From Candidatus Daviesbacteria bacterium (GTDB lineage Bacteria; Patescibacteriota; Microgenomatia; Daviesbacterales; UBA10151), in NCBI GenBank assembly GCA_016176335.1, contig JACOXI010000005.1:63391-127390 (forward strand): DNA of 64,000 nt, in the 5' to 3' direction. Below the pieces are notes generated by a model. The model ran no database searches and had not been told where the DNA came from. It was given only the letters and a program-made list of their open reading frames with translations. Of this stretch, positions 18,676 to 28,460 are shown in pieces. A program made the translations under genes and the position numbers. Numbering within the stretch: position 1 is the first letter of the stretch; each line of letters opens with the position of its first letter.

Positions 18676-19191
18676 TTAAGGTTTTCCTGTAACCTCTGTC
18701 ATCCGGGCCGCCAGTAGGCATTCAAAAGCTCCGAAAAGAAGTTTCTTTTGTTGATCCGGCGTTCCTTCCGTAAAAAATCTTTCATGTCCTTCAGGCATAG
18801 GTTCTTTCAGTTCGAGACCTGTTACCCTAGAACCGTCTACCGTTCCATTAACCTGCTCACAGGATCCAAAGAAGCGAAATACTCCATTTGTAATATCAAA
18901 AACTCCCCTACTTGATATCCTAGTGATTTCTCTTGTCCTGGTATCTACGGCAGACAGCCTATATGTTCCCGACAATTCAATTCCTTGTATCCACTGCTGG
19001 CTTTCTCCAAGATAAAATAGGCTTAGTTTTTTAATCTTCCTTGCTTCTTTTAACACCACACTGAGTGCATCTTCTGTCTCCCCTCGATCAACTAATTCAG
19101 TTATTCTGATCTTCCGTAACTCTAAAACCTGTTTGTATAGGTTTGTTACTATTTCGGTCATATATTCCTCTGGGCAGTTGCGGGAAGACAT
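18676..19191 (-). CDS. hypothetical protein
   Basis: 171 aa ORF with no recognisable motif. Confidence 0.3.
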   Translation of the reverse strand: MSSRNCPEEYMTEIVTNLYKQVLELRKIRITELVDRGETEDALSVVLKEARKIKKLSLFYLGESQQWIQGIELSGTYRLSAVDTRTREITRISSRGVFDITNGVFRFFGSCEQVNGTVDGSRVTGLELKEPMPEGHERFFTEGTPDQQKKLLFGAFECLLAARMTEVTGKP

Positions 19192-19206
19192 AATCTAACA
19201 TATTTC

Positions 19207-20418
19207 TTATGGTTTAACAAGAAGACTCTTTACTTCCGGTTTCAAAAACTTCTTTTTAAAAACCACATAAATGAGCATTGCGGCAATAGAAATTACCACC
19301 ATTAAAAATGCCGCATGGTATCCGAAGGAATAAAAAACCAATCCGCCCGAAATTGGCCCAATTATCCTCCCCATACTTTCAAAAGAGGCGGCAATCCCCA
19401 TGGTGGTGCCCTGACCTTCGTGAGTTTTTTTGGAGATTAGGGTTTGAACTGTGGGCCTGGTTATGGCGGAGCCAAAACTGGCAATCATCATTAGGGCAGC
19501 TAATACCAAAGCTGAAGGGGAGAAAGGCATTAAAAACAAACTCAAAGCCATAATTGAAAGACCCAAAACAGCAGTGTGGTGCTCTCCGATCTTTTGGGCA
19601 ATTTTAGAAAGAAAAAACCACTGGACCAATGCTGATGCAGCACCCTGTAAAGAGAAAAATATACCAATAAGTGTGGCCGAGGTAAGTAAAACTTCCGCCC
19701 CAAAAAGAGGAATTGTCACCTGATTATTTGACATTCCATATGACCAAAGGAAAATTAGAATAAAAAGAGCCGCCAATTCTCCTCTTAAACCATGATACAT
19801 TTGCCTAATATTCAAAAAACCTTCTTTAATAACCAAAATTTCTGCCTTTTTGCTTAAAGATTCGGGTAAAAATGCCAAAACCAAAATAAAATTGAGGAAA
19901 GCCAAAGCAGATGCAGCGAAAAAGGGCATTTGATGATTTACGGAAGAAAGAGTTCCCCCAATTGCCGGCCCGAATATAAAGCCTAAAGCAACAGATGCTC
20001 CAAGCCTACTCATACCCTTAATCCTGTCATTTCTTCCTGTGACATCTGCAACATATGCCGAAGCGGAAGTGAAGGTGGCGGAGGAAAATACCCCCTGTAA
20101 AAACCTGGAGATAAAAAGCCACAACAGATTATTGGCTAGAGCAAAAGATAAAAAGGCCAAGCTGACCCCGATTAAAGCCAAAAGAATAATTGGTTTTCTG
20201 CCAAATCTGTCGGAAAGTCTTCCCCAAAAAGGGGCAAAGAAAAACTCGCCTATGGCAAAGGAGGCTGCCAAAAGTCCGATTGTTAACTCCGAGGCTTGAA
20301 ATTCCCTGGCATAAAAAGGCAAAAGCGGGAAAACCATGCCAAAGCCAATGATAGTGACAAAAGTGGCAAAATAAATAAAAAGTAGCCTGGGCTTTTTCTT
20401 GGCATGATTTTTCATCAA
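19207..20418 (-). CDS. MFS transporter
   Basis: 403 aa. About 12 TM. MFS signature-like GRLSDRFGRK between TM2 and TM3. Confidence 0.8.
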   Translation of the reverse strand: MMKNHAKKKPRLLFIYFATFVTIIGFGMVFPLLPFYAREFQASELTIGLLAASFAIGEFFFAPFWGRLSDRFGRKPIILLALIGVSLAFLSFALANNLLWLFISRFLQGVFSSATFTSASAYVADVTGRNDRIKGMSRLGASVALGFIFGPAIGGTLSSVNHQMPFFAASALAFLNFILVLAFLPESLSKKAEILVIKEGFLNIRQMYHGLRGELAALFILIFLWSYGMSNNQVTIPLFGAEVLLTSATLIGIFFSLQGAASALVQWFFLSKIAQKIGEHHTAVLGLSIMALSLFLMPFSPSALVLAALMMIASFGSAITRPTVQTLISKKTHEGQGTTMGIAASFESMGRIIGPISGGLVFYSFGYHAAFLMVVISIAAMLIYVVFKKKFLKPEVKSLLVKP

Positions 20419-20798
20419 AACAGTATAGCACAGGCAAAGAACGACACTACCCCTCTTGACAAAACAAGTCTATTAGTTTTATGATTAATGAGTCTAAAGG
20501 ACATTTAGTAGATGGCCCAAAGACACTGCCCTTAACAGGCATCCCTGCGTAGCACGTTTAAAGTCGGAATATTTTTCTTCACTGTTTTGTAACTTTACGG
20601 GAGTCTGGAGTCCATGCACCATTACGGTACACGGCAGGACACCCACCTCAAATTACTGAGGAGAAATCCGACTAACGGCTATTGTAGGGAGAACTTATTT
20701 TTTGGATAAGTATCCGCAGTAATGCGGAATTATCCATTTTCCACCCCACTCTCGTAAATACCTTTAATTTTTTGATAGAATATACTATGTATGCTTAA

Positions 20799-20872
20799 GC
20801 CCTCTTAGCTTAGTGGTAAAGCAGCGGTTTTGTAAACCGTCGACGACAGTTCAATTCTGTCAGAGGGCTCCA
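20799..20872 (+). tRNA. tRNA-Thr (anticodon UGU)
   Basis: Cloverleaf folded by hand. Acceptor gccctct/agagggc, anticodon loop tttgtaa, T-arm gacag-ttcaatt-ctgtc, encoded CCA. Confidence 0.7.
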
Positions 20873-20876
20873 TTTC

Positions 20877-20948
20877 GCCGAAGTGGCTCAGTGGTAGAGC
20901 ACGTTCTTGGTAAGAACGGGGTCACGGGTCCGATTCCCGTCTTCGGCT
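20877..20948 (+). tRNA. tRNA-Thr (anticodon GGU)
   Basis: Acceptor gccgaag/cttcggc, anticodon stem cgttc/gaacg with loop ttggtaa. 4 nt after the first tRNA. Confidence 0.7.
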
Positions 20949-21133
20949 CACGAGCAAAGCGAGTGAGACAAGATGGGAACAAGATCTTCGAGTGAAACGA
21001 GAAGTAGACTTATTCCCGTCTTCGGCTCCAAGGCCGCGGGTTCAGCAATTTCGAGCATTTGCGAGAAATTGGGCGTATTATCCACCACCTGCTCCTCCCT
21101 AAATTTGCTTACCATAAGATGTATAATTAGTTT

Positions 21134-21826
21134 ATGACCTTTAAAATAAAGAATCTTAAATATATTTTCCCTGTTTTACTTATTATTTTATTTATAGTTT
21201 TAGTAAAAGTTCAGAATCGGGTGGCTACCTGTACGATTACACCAGCTGTTTTAAATACATCTGATGTTGATGGTTCAACTGTTAATCTGACTTGGGCAAA
21301 TGGTCAAAACAGCAAAATAACTTATTTAAATGTCTCTACTTCCAGAACTCTAAATCCTGACGGATCTTTAGAAACGCCAGATATTGTAAATGATGTTGTT
21401 ACAAACAAAAATTCATATTCAAAGAGTGATTTTAGATCAGGAACATATTACTGGAATATTGTAAGTGATGGCTGTAGGCAAAGAAAAGTTTCAAATCAGG
21501 AAACATTTACTGTCTATTCAAAGGTTAAAGCCGATTGCGAACTTAAATCAGCAGTTTTAGGTACACCAGTTGTAAAAGGCGCAAACGTTACCTTTAACTG
21601 GACAAATGATCAAAACACAGAAGCCACTTATATAAATGTCTCCAGCTCAAATACCGTAAATGCTAATGGAGTGTTAGAGAAAGTAGATATTGCAAATGAT
21701 GTTGTTACCAGTAAAACCTATTCTATGAAAGAGATTTCATCTCCTGGAACTTATTATTGGAATATTGCAAGTGATGGTTGCGGACAAAGAAAAATGTCTG
21801 ACCTTGGCGCCTTTACTGTCCAATAG
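21134..21826 (+). CDS. secreted protein with two tandem ~95-aa repeat domains
   Basis: 230 aa with signal/TM. Two internal copies of ...VNLTWANGQN..TYLNVS...GTYYWNI.SDGC.QRK... Confidence 0.5.
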   Translation: MTFKIKNLKYIFPVLLIILFIVLVKVQNRVATCTITPAVLNTSDVDGSTVNLTWANGQNSKITYLNVSTSRTLNPDGSLETPDIVNDVVTNKNSYSKSDFRSGTYYWNIVSDGCRQRKVSNQETFTVYSKVKADCELKSAVLGTPVVKGANVTFNWTNDQNTEATYINVSSSNTVNANGVLEKVDIANDVVTSKTYSMKEISSPGTYYWNIASDGCGQRKMSDLGAFTVQ

Positions 21827-21881
21827 TCCGCGAGTCCAACTCTAACACCGACTCCCGCTCCATTATGCTATACTATCGCCT

Positions 21882-22055
21882 ATGGCAAAAAAAGGTAACA
21901 GACAATTATTTCAACTTCAATGCTCTGTTTGTAAAAACAGGAATTATACCCAATCCAAAAATACCGTAAATATTAAGGATAAACTTACTTTGAGTAAATT
22001 TTGTAAACATTGTAAGAAACACACCCCGCATAACGAAGTAAAAATCGGGAAATAA
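21882..22055 (+). CDS. rpmG: 50S ribosomal protein L33
   Basis: 57 aa found by manual translation (below the ORF-track cutoff): MAKKGNRQLFQLQCSVCKNRNYTQSKNT...LTLSKFCKHCKKHTPHNEVKIGK. L33 zinc-ribbon pattern. Confidence 0.75.
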   Translation: MAKKGNRQLFQLQCSVCKNRNYTQSKNTVNIKDKLTLSKFCKHCKKHTPHNEVKIGK

Positions 22056-22341
22056 TTATTTCTTACTGCGTTTGGAGCGCTTCCACAATGTGGGAGCTAC
22101 CACAATAGAAATGGCAAGAACCAGAATTGAAACTGTTAAATAGAATGCTTGCAATTCAGTCATAGATTTTTTTCAAACCAGCTGTTTATTGTTTAGTTCA
22201 GGAATGAACAAGTTCTTGCTTCGCAATAATATCCATCCTTGTTATATAATACATCATGTTTAGGGATGTGATGAAATGGTATCATGGGGGTCTCCAAAAC
22301 CCCTCTTCCAGGTCCGAATCCTGGCATCCCTGCTTGGATGG

Positions 22342-22614
22342 TTATTGTACCTGAATAATTAATTTGGAGCCTAGGGCTTGGGTTAGCTTATCTAAGAAGT
22401 CTACCGAAGGGTTTGAATTACCTGATTCTAATCTTGCGATAGCAGACTGTTTTGTACCTACTTTTTTGGCAAGATCTGCTTGAGTTAATCCCCTTTTATT
22501 CCTTGTCTCAATTAGTTGCGAGATCAAAGCATAACGAGGTTTGAGTCTTTCGTACTCTCTTTTAACCTCTTCATTCTTTAATAATTCCTTCTTAACTGTT
22601 TTCCAATTTTCCAT
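22342..22614 (-). CDS. higA: XRE-family HTH antitoxin (HigA-like)
   Basis: 90 aa. HTH segment LTQADLAKKVGTKQSAIARLESG. Downstream of the toxin gene. Confidence 0.7.
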   Translation of the reverse strand: MENWKTVKKELLKNEEVKREYERLKPRYALISQLIETRNKRGLTQADLAKKVGTKQSAIARLESGNSNPSVDFLDKLTQALGSKLIIQVQ

Positions 22615-22651
22615 AAACTTATTATATCATATACGTTATACTGTTTGCGTA

Positions 22652-22984
22652 TTATTTATTTAAACTATTAAAACGCTGCTCTGCTGTTTTTATTTCTTTA
22701 GAAGGTGTTTTCTCAGTTTTCTTCAAAAATACATGCAATAAATATATATTTTTCTTCACGAATCCATAAATTATCCGTACTTCTTGCCTACCTCTAATTC
22801 TCAATTCATAAAAATCCTGAGTTATCTTCTTACTGTGAGGCATGCCCAAAAATGGACCATGTGTTTCTAATAGATCAATTTCATTAGAAATTTTGGAAAC
22901 TGTTGAGTCATCAAGAGTTTTAATAAATTCTTTAACAACTTTCTCACCTCTGGCTGTTTCAAAGAAAAGTATTTCCCAATTCAT
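22652..22984 (-). CDS. higB: RelE/HigB-family (Gp49-like) toxin
   Basis: 110 aa. Conserved ELRIRGRQEVRIIY and LLHVFLKKTEKTP segments. Toxin gene precedes the antitoxin gene, as in higBA. Confidence 0.65.
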   Translation of the reverse strand: MNWEILFFETARGEKVVKEFIKTLDDSTVSKISNEIDLLETHGPFLGMPHSKKITQDFYELRIRGRQEVRIIYGFVKKNIYLLHVFLKKTEKTPSKEIKTAEQRFNSLNK

Positions 22985-23166
22985 AAGTTGATGATACCAG
23001 ATTATTTTCTTTTATACTTAGTAATTTAACTGATTTTTGATATACTAACTCTGGGTATTTGATATTCTGGGCCCAATTAAAGGTTCTGAAATCATTTACT
23101 AATCCCTGCATTTTTTTATCCTTAAGAGATGAGATGTAAATAAACTACAATGATATAATCTGATTA

Positions 23167-23469
23167 ATGATTAAGGATATTTCTGCAATACTTATCTGGT
23201 CTGAAAATTATAGAAAACTAGCTGATTGGTATATTGAAAAACTTGGTTTGGAAGTATTAGAAGAGTTAAACCATTCTGAAGACACAGGAGTTGGATTTCA
23301 GGTTGGTCATGTTTATCTCTGGATAGGACAACATTCAAAAGTAAAAGGGAAAAATGAAGATATTCATAGACATATGTTTAACTTTGTTTATGAGGAATTG
23401 AAATCTAAAGGAGTAAGATTTTTAGCCAAACCTTTTAAAGCTCCAACATTTGACAAAGTGTATATTTAA
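23167..23469 (+). CDS. VOC/glyoxalase-family fragment
   Basis: 100 aa. Start resembles a VOC beta-alpha-beta-beta-beta module. Too short for a full enzyme, so possibly a remnant. Confidence 0.3.
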   Translation: MIKDISAILIWSENYRKLADWYIEKLGLEVLEELNHSEDTGVGFQVGHVYLWIGQHSKVKGKNEDIHRHMFNFVYEELKSKGVRFLAKPFKAPTFDKVYI

Positions 23470-23487
23470 GTGTACATTTAAGTATAT

Positions 23488-23763
23488 ATGGAATATATTA
23501 CAACAACCCATTTAAGGACGAGATCTTCTCAACTTGTTGCTACCCTTCAAAAAGGTGGTTCGGTTTCGCTCATTCACCGATCAAAAGTGATTGGAAAAAT
23601 TGAGCCAGCTCAAAAAAGCCCTATTACAATAACCGATATTAAGGCGTTTGAAAAAGCTCTTGCAGGAATAAAACCAAAAAAGCTTATTCCCAGAAAAGAC
23701 AGGGACAAGGTGTATAGGCAACGCCTTATGGAAAAATATGGCAAAAATATTTCTAGACACTAA
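23488..23763 (+). CDS. Phd/YefM-like antitoxin
   Basis: 91 aa. N-terminus ITTTHLRTRSSQLVATLQKGGSVSLIHRSKVIGKIEP fits the Phd/YefM pattern. Overlaps the downstream PIN gene. Confidence 0.5.
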   Translation: MEYITTTHLRTRSSQLVATLQKGGSVSLIHRSKVIGKIEPAQKSPITITDIKAFEKALAGIKPKKLIPRKDRDKVYRQRLMEKYGKNISRH

Positions 23764-24106
23764 TGTCTTTGTTGATCTGGCAGAAAAAAGAAAACAAATA
23801 ACTCTAGCTGATTTTCTGGAACATGAGTTATATATTTCTCCTCTATCAATTCATATTCTAATCTATTTATATAAATATCAGATTCCTAGTAAGAAATTGA
23901 CTAATTTATTAAAAAAATTCATCAACCTTGTTCCTTTTGATAAAGGAATTACAGAATCTTCTTCTCAAGGCCCTACGGAAGACTTTGAGGATAATGTACA
24001 ACTGCATAGTGCTGCAGAAGCAGAATGTGATCTTTTCTTAACCAGTGATACAAAGTTATTAAGTTTGAAATTTTTTGGCAAGGCCCGGCTTGTCTCTACC
24101 CTATAA
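23738..24106 (+). CDS. vapC: PIN-domain toxin (VapC-like)
   Basis: 122 aa. N-terminal IFLDTNVF acidic motif and C-terminal LTSD. Confidence 0.7.
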   Translation: MAKIFLDTNVFVDLAEKRKQITLADFLEHELYISPLSIHILIYLYKYQIPSKKLTNLLKKFINLVPFDKGITESSSQGPTEDFEDNVQLHSAAEAECDLFLTSDTKLLSLKFFGKARLVSTL

Positions 24107-24158
24107 ACCCCTGCCTGATTGATTTCTCAAGCTTAACCAGTGTATAATCCCACCTACC

Positions 24159-24560
24159 ATGAGTGCTGAACAAACAGAGCTTAAAAGACATGTTCATCAG
24201 TTAGCATGGGATAATTTACAAGCTAGTGCCTTCCCCAATTTAACTGCGGCTAAGGTTTTGGCCGACCCACGACGCATACACCGAGAGCTATTTGGTGAGA
24301 GGTTTGAAAGTTGGAGGGAAGAACATGGTCAAGGGGAAGGAAACAAAGTAGGTATTCGACTGAGCTGGCAGGATTCGAATCAAGTTAGACGCATTGTTGA
24401 GATCATCTCTGAACCAAACGGGGGATTTATGGTTCGTGGAGGTATCCTTGGTTCCACTCAAATAATGCCACGTTCAACAGCAGAGTATCAAAGACAAGCC
24501 CTTGAAAAGGCTTGTACACATCCCATCAGAGTTCTCCTATCTCCACCATCTCCTCAGTAA
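24159..24560 (+). CDS. hypothetical protein (locally GC-richer)
   Basis: 133 aa ORF. Noticeably higher GC than its neighbours. Confidence 0.3.
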   Translation: MSAEQTELKRHVHQLAWDNLQASAFPNLTAAKVLADPRRIHRELFGERFESWREEHGQGEGNKVGIRLSWQDSNQVRRIVEIISEPNGGFMVRGGILGSTQIMPRSTAEYQRQALEKACTHPIRVLLSPPSPQ

Positions 24561-24580
24561 ATAGGGACACAGCTTTGGGG

Positions 24581-25303
24581 TTAAAAATTCACCTTGATTC
24601 TGGCAAATTGGATATACAGATTGGTGCCTTGAGAGCTTTTGACTTGTAATTTGTAGGTTTTGCTACCTTGGGGTAAGGTAAAGGAGGAAGATGTTTTCAA
24701 ACTAAAAGAGGTGGAGGTGGTGTCTAGTTGTGCTGAAACAGCAGATGAATCTGTCACATTATACAGTCTGACCGAACCTGTGCCTGCAGCTTCCACTAAC
24801 CTAAACGTCACCTCCAAAATCATGCCTTTATAGCCCGGGTAATTGGCCGTATCTAAAGCAATTTCATATTCAGCAGTGGTATACCAATCTTTATCCCCCC
24901 AAGGTCCTCCGCCTGAACCTAAAGGGATATAAACTGTGGGCTTTGATGATGTAGCAGTTGTGGTAGGTTGTCCTAAAGAAGCAACCTGCACTTTAAGATC
25001 AGTAATGGAGGCCTCAATTGAGTTCAACCTGGAATTGATGGAGCTGTCGCCTGCATCTTTACCGCTTAATCCATTTACTTTTTTTACAACTTCAATTAAA
25101 GCATCCTCCAAAACTTTAACCCTGGCCTCCAGCGTGGCATTTGGCAAGGTTTTTGGTACCTCAACAGGACCTTGAGTTTCGCTCACTTTCGACCCGATCA
25201 AATTGCTGCTACTGCCGCTTGATTTGATGGCAAAAAATCTCCAGTAAATAAGACCTGTACCTATTAAAATTATTAGTAAAACTGCGGGCAGGATTCTAAT
25301 CAC
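24581..25303 (-). CDS. hypothetical membrane-anchored protein with coiled coil
   Basis: 240 aa. N-terminal TM, coiled-coil segment, Ser/Thr-rich beta C-terminus. Confidence 0.4.
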   Translation of the reverse strand: MIRILPAVLLIILIGTGLIYWRFFAIKSSGSSSNLIGSKVSETQGPVEVPKTLPNATLEARVKVLEDALIEVVKKVNGLSGKDAGDSSINSRLNSIEASITDLKVQVASLGQPTTTATSSKPTVYIPLGSGGGPWGDKDWYTTAEYEIALDTANYPGYKGMILEVTFRLVEAAGTGSVRLYNVTDSSAVSAQLDTTSTSFSLKTSSSFTLPQGSKTYKLQVKSSQGTNLYIQFARIKVNF

Positions 25304-25327
25304 ACACTAATAATACACCATTCCATT

Positions 25328-26014
25328 TTGCTTGCAAAACAACCCATAGTGTGCTATACTACCCAGTTCATGTCAAACATACGTAAAAACATACAATTTT
25401 TGGCATTTCTTCCAATCCCCTTCTCCGTGATTTTTGGTAACACAGAGAAAGTTTTGGCTGAATACGAAATGTCTTTGGATAACCGTTATCCGGAAAAATT
25501 CGTCAACGAGGTTTTTAAAAATAATATTTTGCTCAATCTGGCATATCTGGATGGCAAAGTCACTTCCCCTAAAGATATAAAATGGGATGAGGTGACAAAA
25601 CCTTTCAAATATGAATTCAAGCTGGACCCAAACAAGACCTTTGCCTTTCATGAAGATGTGGAAGAGAAATATAAAGATAGCCTAGTCAAAACTACCAATG
25701 CTCACTTTAATGCTCAAGAAGGCTTTAAAACCGATGGCTACTTATTCGGGGATGGAGTTTGTCATTTGGCCTCACTGATAAACATTGTCGCCCAAAAAGC
25801 CGGCCTGGATGTGAAGGCTCCAACTTCCCATGATTTTGCCCAAATTCCTGATATCCCCAAAGAATATGGAGTGTCTATTTATAGTAATCCATATGCCAAA
25901 GGATCCAATGCCCAACAGAATTTGTATATTAGAAACAACAAAGGCAAACCAGTAACCTTTAGGTTTGAATACCAAGATAACAAAGTAAAAGTTTCCATAT
26001 TGGAATCAATCTAA
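25328..26014 (+). CDS. hypothetical protein, possibly VanW-like
   Basis: 228 aa. GDGVCHLASLINIVAQKAGL weakly resembles the VanW core. Confidence 0.3.
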   Translation: MLAKQPIVCYTTQFMSNIRKNIQFLAFLPIPFSVIFGNTEKVLAEYEMSLDNRYPEKFVNEVFKNNILLNLAYLDGKVTSPKDIKWDEVTKPFKYEFKLDPNKTFAFHEDVEEKYKDSLVKTTNAHFNAQEGFKTDGYLFGDGVCHLASLINIVAQKAGLDVKAPTSHDFAQIPDIPKEYGVSIYSNPYAKGSNAQQNLYIRNNKGKPVTFRFEYQDNKVKVSILESI

Positions 26015-26064
26015 CCTCTCAAGGAGCCTTTACATAAGCTCCTAAATTATCCTACTATGTAGGT

Positions 26065-27375
26065 ATGCACAAAACTCATCTTAAGGAAAAGCATGACCAC
26101 CAAACTTTAAAATTTCCACAAGGTTTCTTATGGGGTGCTGCAACGAGTGCCCACCAGGTTGAGGGCGGAAATATTTACAATGACTGGTGGAAGTGGGAAC
26201 AGGATAGGCCCCCCCATCTTCGTTCAGGAGCAGCCTGTGATCAATATAACCGCTACAGGGAAGATTTTGAGATGGCCAAGGATCTAAACCACAACGCCCA
26301 CAGGCTGTCAATTGAATGGTCCAGAATTGAGCCTCGCGAGGGTGAATTTAACCTTGCCGAGATTGAGCATTATGTTAAGTTACTTAAGCACCTTAAGTCA
26401 CTTAATATGACAGTCATGTTAACCCTATGGCACTTTACACTGCCTGGCTGGTTAGCGGACTGCGGCGGGTGGGAGAACTTTAAAGCCCCTTTTTACTTTG
26501 AGCGTTTTGTTAAAAAAATTGCGCCTGAACTGGGAGAATACGTAGATTTCTGGGTGACCATCAACGAGCCGGGAGTTTATATTTACGAAACTTACATTGA
26601 AAGGGTTTGGCCGCATTCCAAAAAAAGCCTGATTGGCCAGATTAAAACTTATTTAAACCTTGCCTCCGCTCATAGAAAGACTTACAGATTTCTACATTCC
26701 AAAAATGCTTTGGGCAAACCAGTCGGCATGGCCCAAAACATCATGTCATTTGAACCTTACCACAAACATTCAATCATGGAGCAGCTGGCTGTTGTTGTAA
26801 ACGATATATTCACCAATCATCTTTTTTATTTTTTAACCCGAGGCACGCACGATTTCCTGGGAATAAATTACTATTTTCATGCCCGTTTAAAACACCAAGG
26901 TTTAATACCCCAAAAGGTAGACTTTTCTCCTCCAACGCACGAGGTGTCCGATTTAGGCTGGGAAATATACCCCGAGGGTCTTTTTGATGTTTTGAGTGAC
27001 CTTTCCGATGATGTGCCTATTTATATCACCGAGTGCGGCATTGCCTCAACCAACGACGATCGGAGAAACCGCTTTCTTGTAGCCTACTTACAAGAGGTTG
27101 TGAGGGCCATAAAATCAGGTGTAAATGTCAGAGGATTTTTCTATTGGTCTTTAATTGATAATTTTGAGTGGCATTTGGGATTTACACCTAGATTTGGTCT
27201 TATTGAAGTAGATTATGAAACCCAAAAAAGGCACATTCGGCCATCCGCATTAACCTTTGCGGAAATTATTGCTGCAAACGGCATTCCTCACACTTTGATG
27301 AGGTTTTTGGGACACACAGTCACATCAGAAGAGGTTTTAAAAAGATTTCAGAAAATGGAACCACAGCATAAATAA
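26065..27375 (+). CDS. glycoside hydrolase family 1 (beta-glucosidase-like)
   Basis: 436 aa. Acid/base TINEP and nucleophile ITECGIA (ITENG-type) motifs. N-terminal FLWGAATSAHQVEG. Confidence 0.8.
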   Translation: MHKTHLKEKHDHQTLKFPQGFLWGAATSAHQVEGGNIYNDWWKWEQDRPPHLRSGAACDQYNRYREDFEMAKDLNHNAHRLSIEWSRIEPREGEFNLAEIEHYVKLLKHLKSLNMTVMLTLWHFTLPGWLADCGGWENFKAPFYFERFVKKIAPELGEYVDFWVTINEPGVYIYETYIERVWPHSKKSLIGQIKTYLNLASAHRKTYRFLHSKNALGKPVGMAQNIMSFEPYHKHSIMEQLAVVVNDIFTNHLFYFLTRGTHDFLGINYYFHARLKHQGLIPQKVDFSPPTHEVSDLGWEIYPEGLFDVLSDLSDDVPIYITECGIASTNDDRRNRFLVAYLQEVVRAIKSGVNVRGFFYWSLIDNFEWHLGFTPRFGLIEVDYETQKRHIRPSALTFAEIIAANGIPHTLMRFLGHTVTSEEVLKRFQKMEPQHK

Positions 27376-27489
27376 TGCCAAAACTCAAATGTCAAAACTT
27401 AAAACTTAAAGATTTTAGCGCGTAGCGCGAACTTGTTCAGATTTGAGTTGTAGATTTGCGATTTGAGATCTAAGATTTAAGATAAACAA
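27376..27489. repeat. same heptamer-repeat palindromic element family, centre gcgcgtagcgcg
   Basis: aaactcaaatgtcaaaacttaaaacttaaag ... tagcgcgtagcgcga ... agatttgagttgtagatttgcgatttgagatctaagatttaagat. Confidence 0.75.
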
Positions 27490-28386
27490 ATGTACTTACC
27501 AATTTCTATTCTGGCCTTCATTTTAAACGGCATTGCCGTAACAACAGATAAATTCCTGCTTGTAAAAGTTATTCCGGATCCCTTATTTTATGTTTTTTAT
27601 TTCAGCCTGGTAAGTTTTTTGGCTGTATTGCTTCTGCCTTTTACCCATATCCCCACGAGGGAAGTACTTCTTCTTTCATCCGCATCAACCGTGCTTTGGA
27701 CACTCGGTGCCCATTTTATGTTCAAAGCCTTAAAGGTTGGTCAGATTGAAAGAGTGATCCCTGTTATTGGCAGTGTAAATCCCCTGATACTTTTCCTGAT
27801 TGCTTTAGCTAGTGGGACAATATTAACCAATGAGATTTGGGGGATTTTAGTACTCATATTAGGGTTCATATTTTTAACTCTCTCTGCGTGGAAAGGCAAA
27901 ATCCAAAAGGATGAGCTGTTGTTTGAAGGGTTATCCGCCACCCTTTTGGCTTTGTCATATCTGATTTTGAGGCAGGCATATTTAAGAGAAAATTTTATCA
28001 CTGTTTTGGTTTGGTCCAGATTTATCCTGATTCCTGTTGCAATAGTTTTTCTTATGGTACCCCTTCTGCGAAGCAAGGTTATACCCAGTCAATCCCAAGG
28101 TGTCTCACTAATTAAAAAAGGCGGATTGCTTTTTATCATTGGACAAGTTTCGGCAGGAATTTCTCAACTCCTTATCTTTTTTGCCATATCTTTGGCAAAT
28201 CCGGCTTTGGTAAATTCCCTTCAGGGAATTCAATATGTCTTTCTGTTTATAGCGGCACTGCTGCTTTCCAAAAAATTCCCGTTTATTTTCAAAGAGACCT
28301 ATTCAAAAAAAGTTTTGCTGTTTAAAATTTTTGGGATTTTACTGATTGGTTTAGGGCTTTATACATTAGCTTTCTCTTCAGGATAA
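27490..28386 (+). CDS. DMT/EamA-like polytopic membrane protein
   Basis: 298 aa, about 10 TM helices. Confidence 0.45.
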   Translation: MYLPISILAFILNGIAVTTDKFLLVKVIPDPLFYVFYFSLVSFLAVLLLPFTHIPTREVLLLSSASTVLWTLGAHFMFKALKVGQIERVIPVIGSVNPLILFLIALASGTILTNEIWGILVLILGFIFLTLSAWKGKIQKDELLFEGLSATLLALSYLILRQAYLRENFITVLVWSRFILIPVAIVFLMVPLLRSKVIPSQSQGVSLIKKGGLLFIIGQVSAGISQLLIFFAISLANPALVNSLQGIQYVFLFIAALLLSKKFPFIFKETYSKKVLLFKIFGILLIGLGLYTLAFSSG

Positions 28387-28460
28387 ATTTGCCTCTTGCA
28401 GGCTATACAAGGATTCATTTAGAATGGCCGCATAATCTTTCTGTCCTAACATAATCTAAC

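Noticed and set aside
21003-21070. Third tRNA gene after the two tRNA-Thr genes
   Set aside because: Only the 3' 17 nt of tRNA-Thr(GGU) plus CA are duplicated, and the upstream sequence does not fold as a tRNA. I treated it as an att-like fragment.
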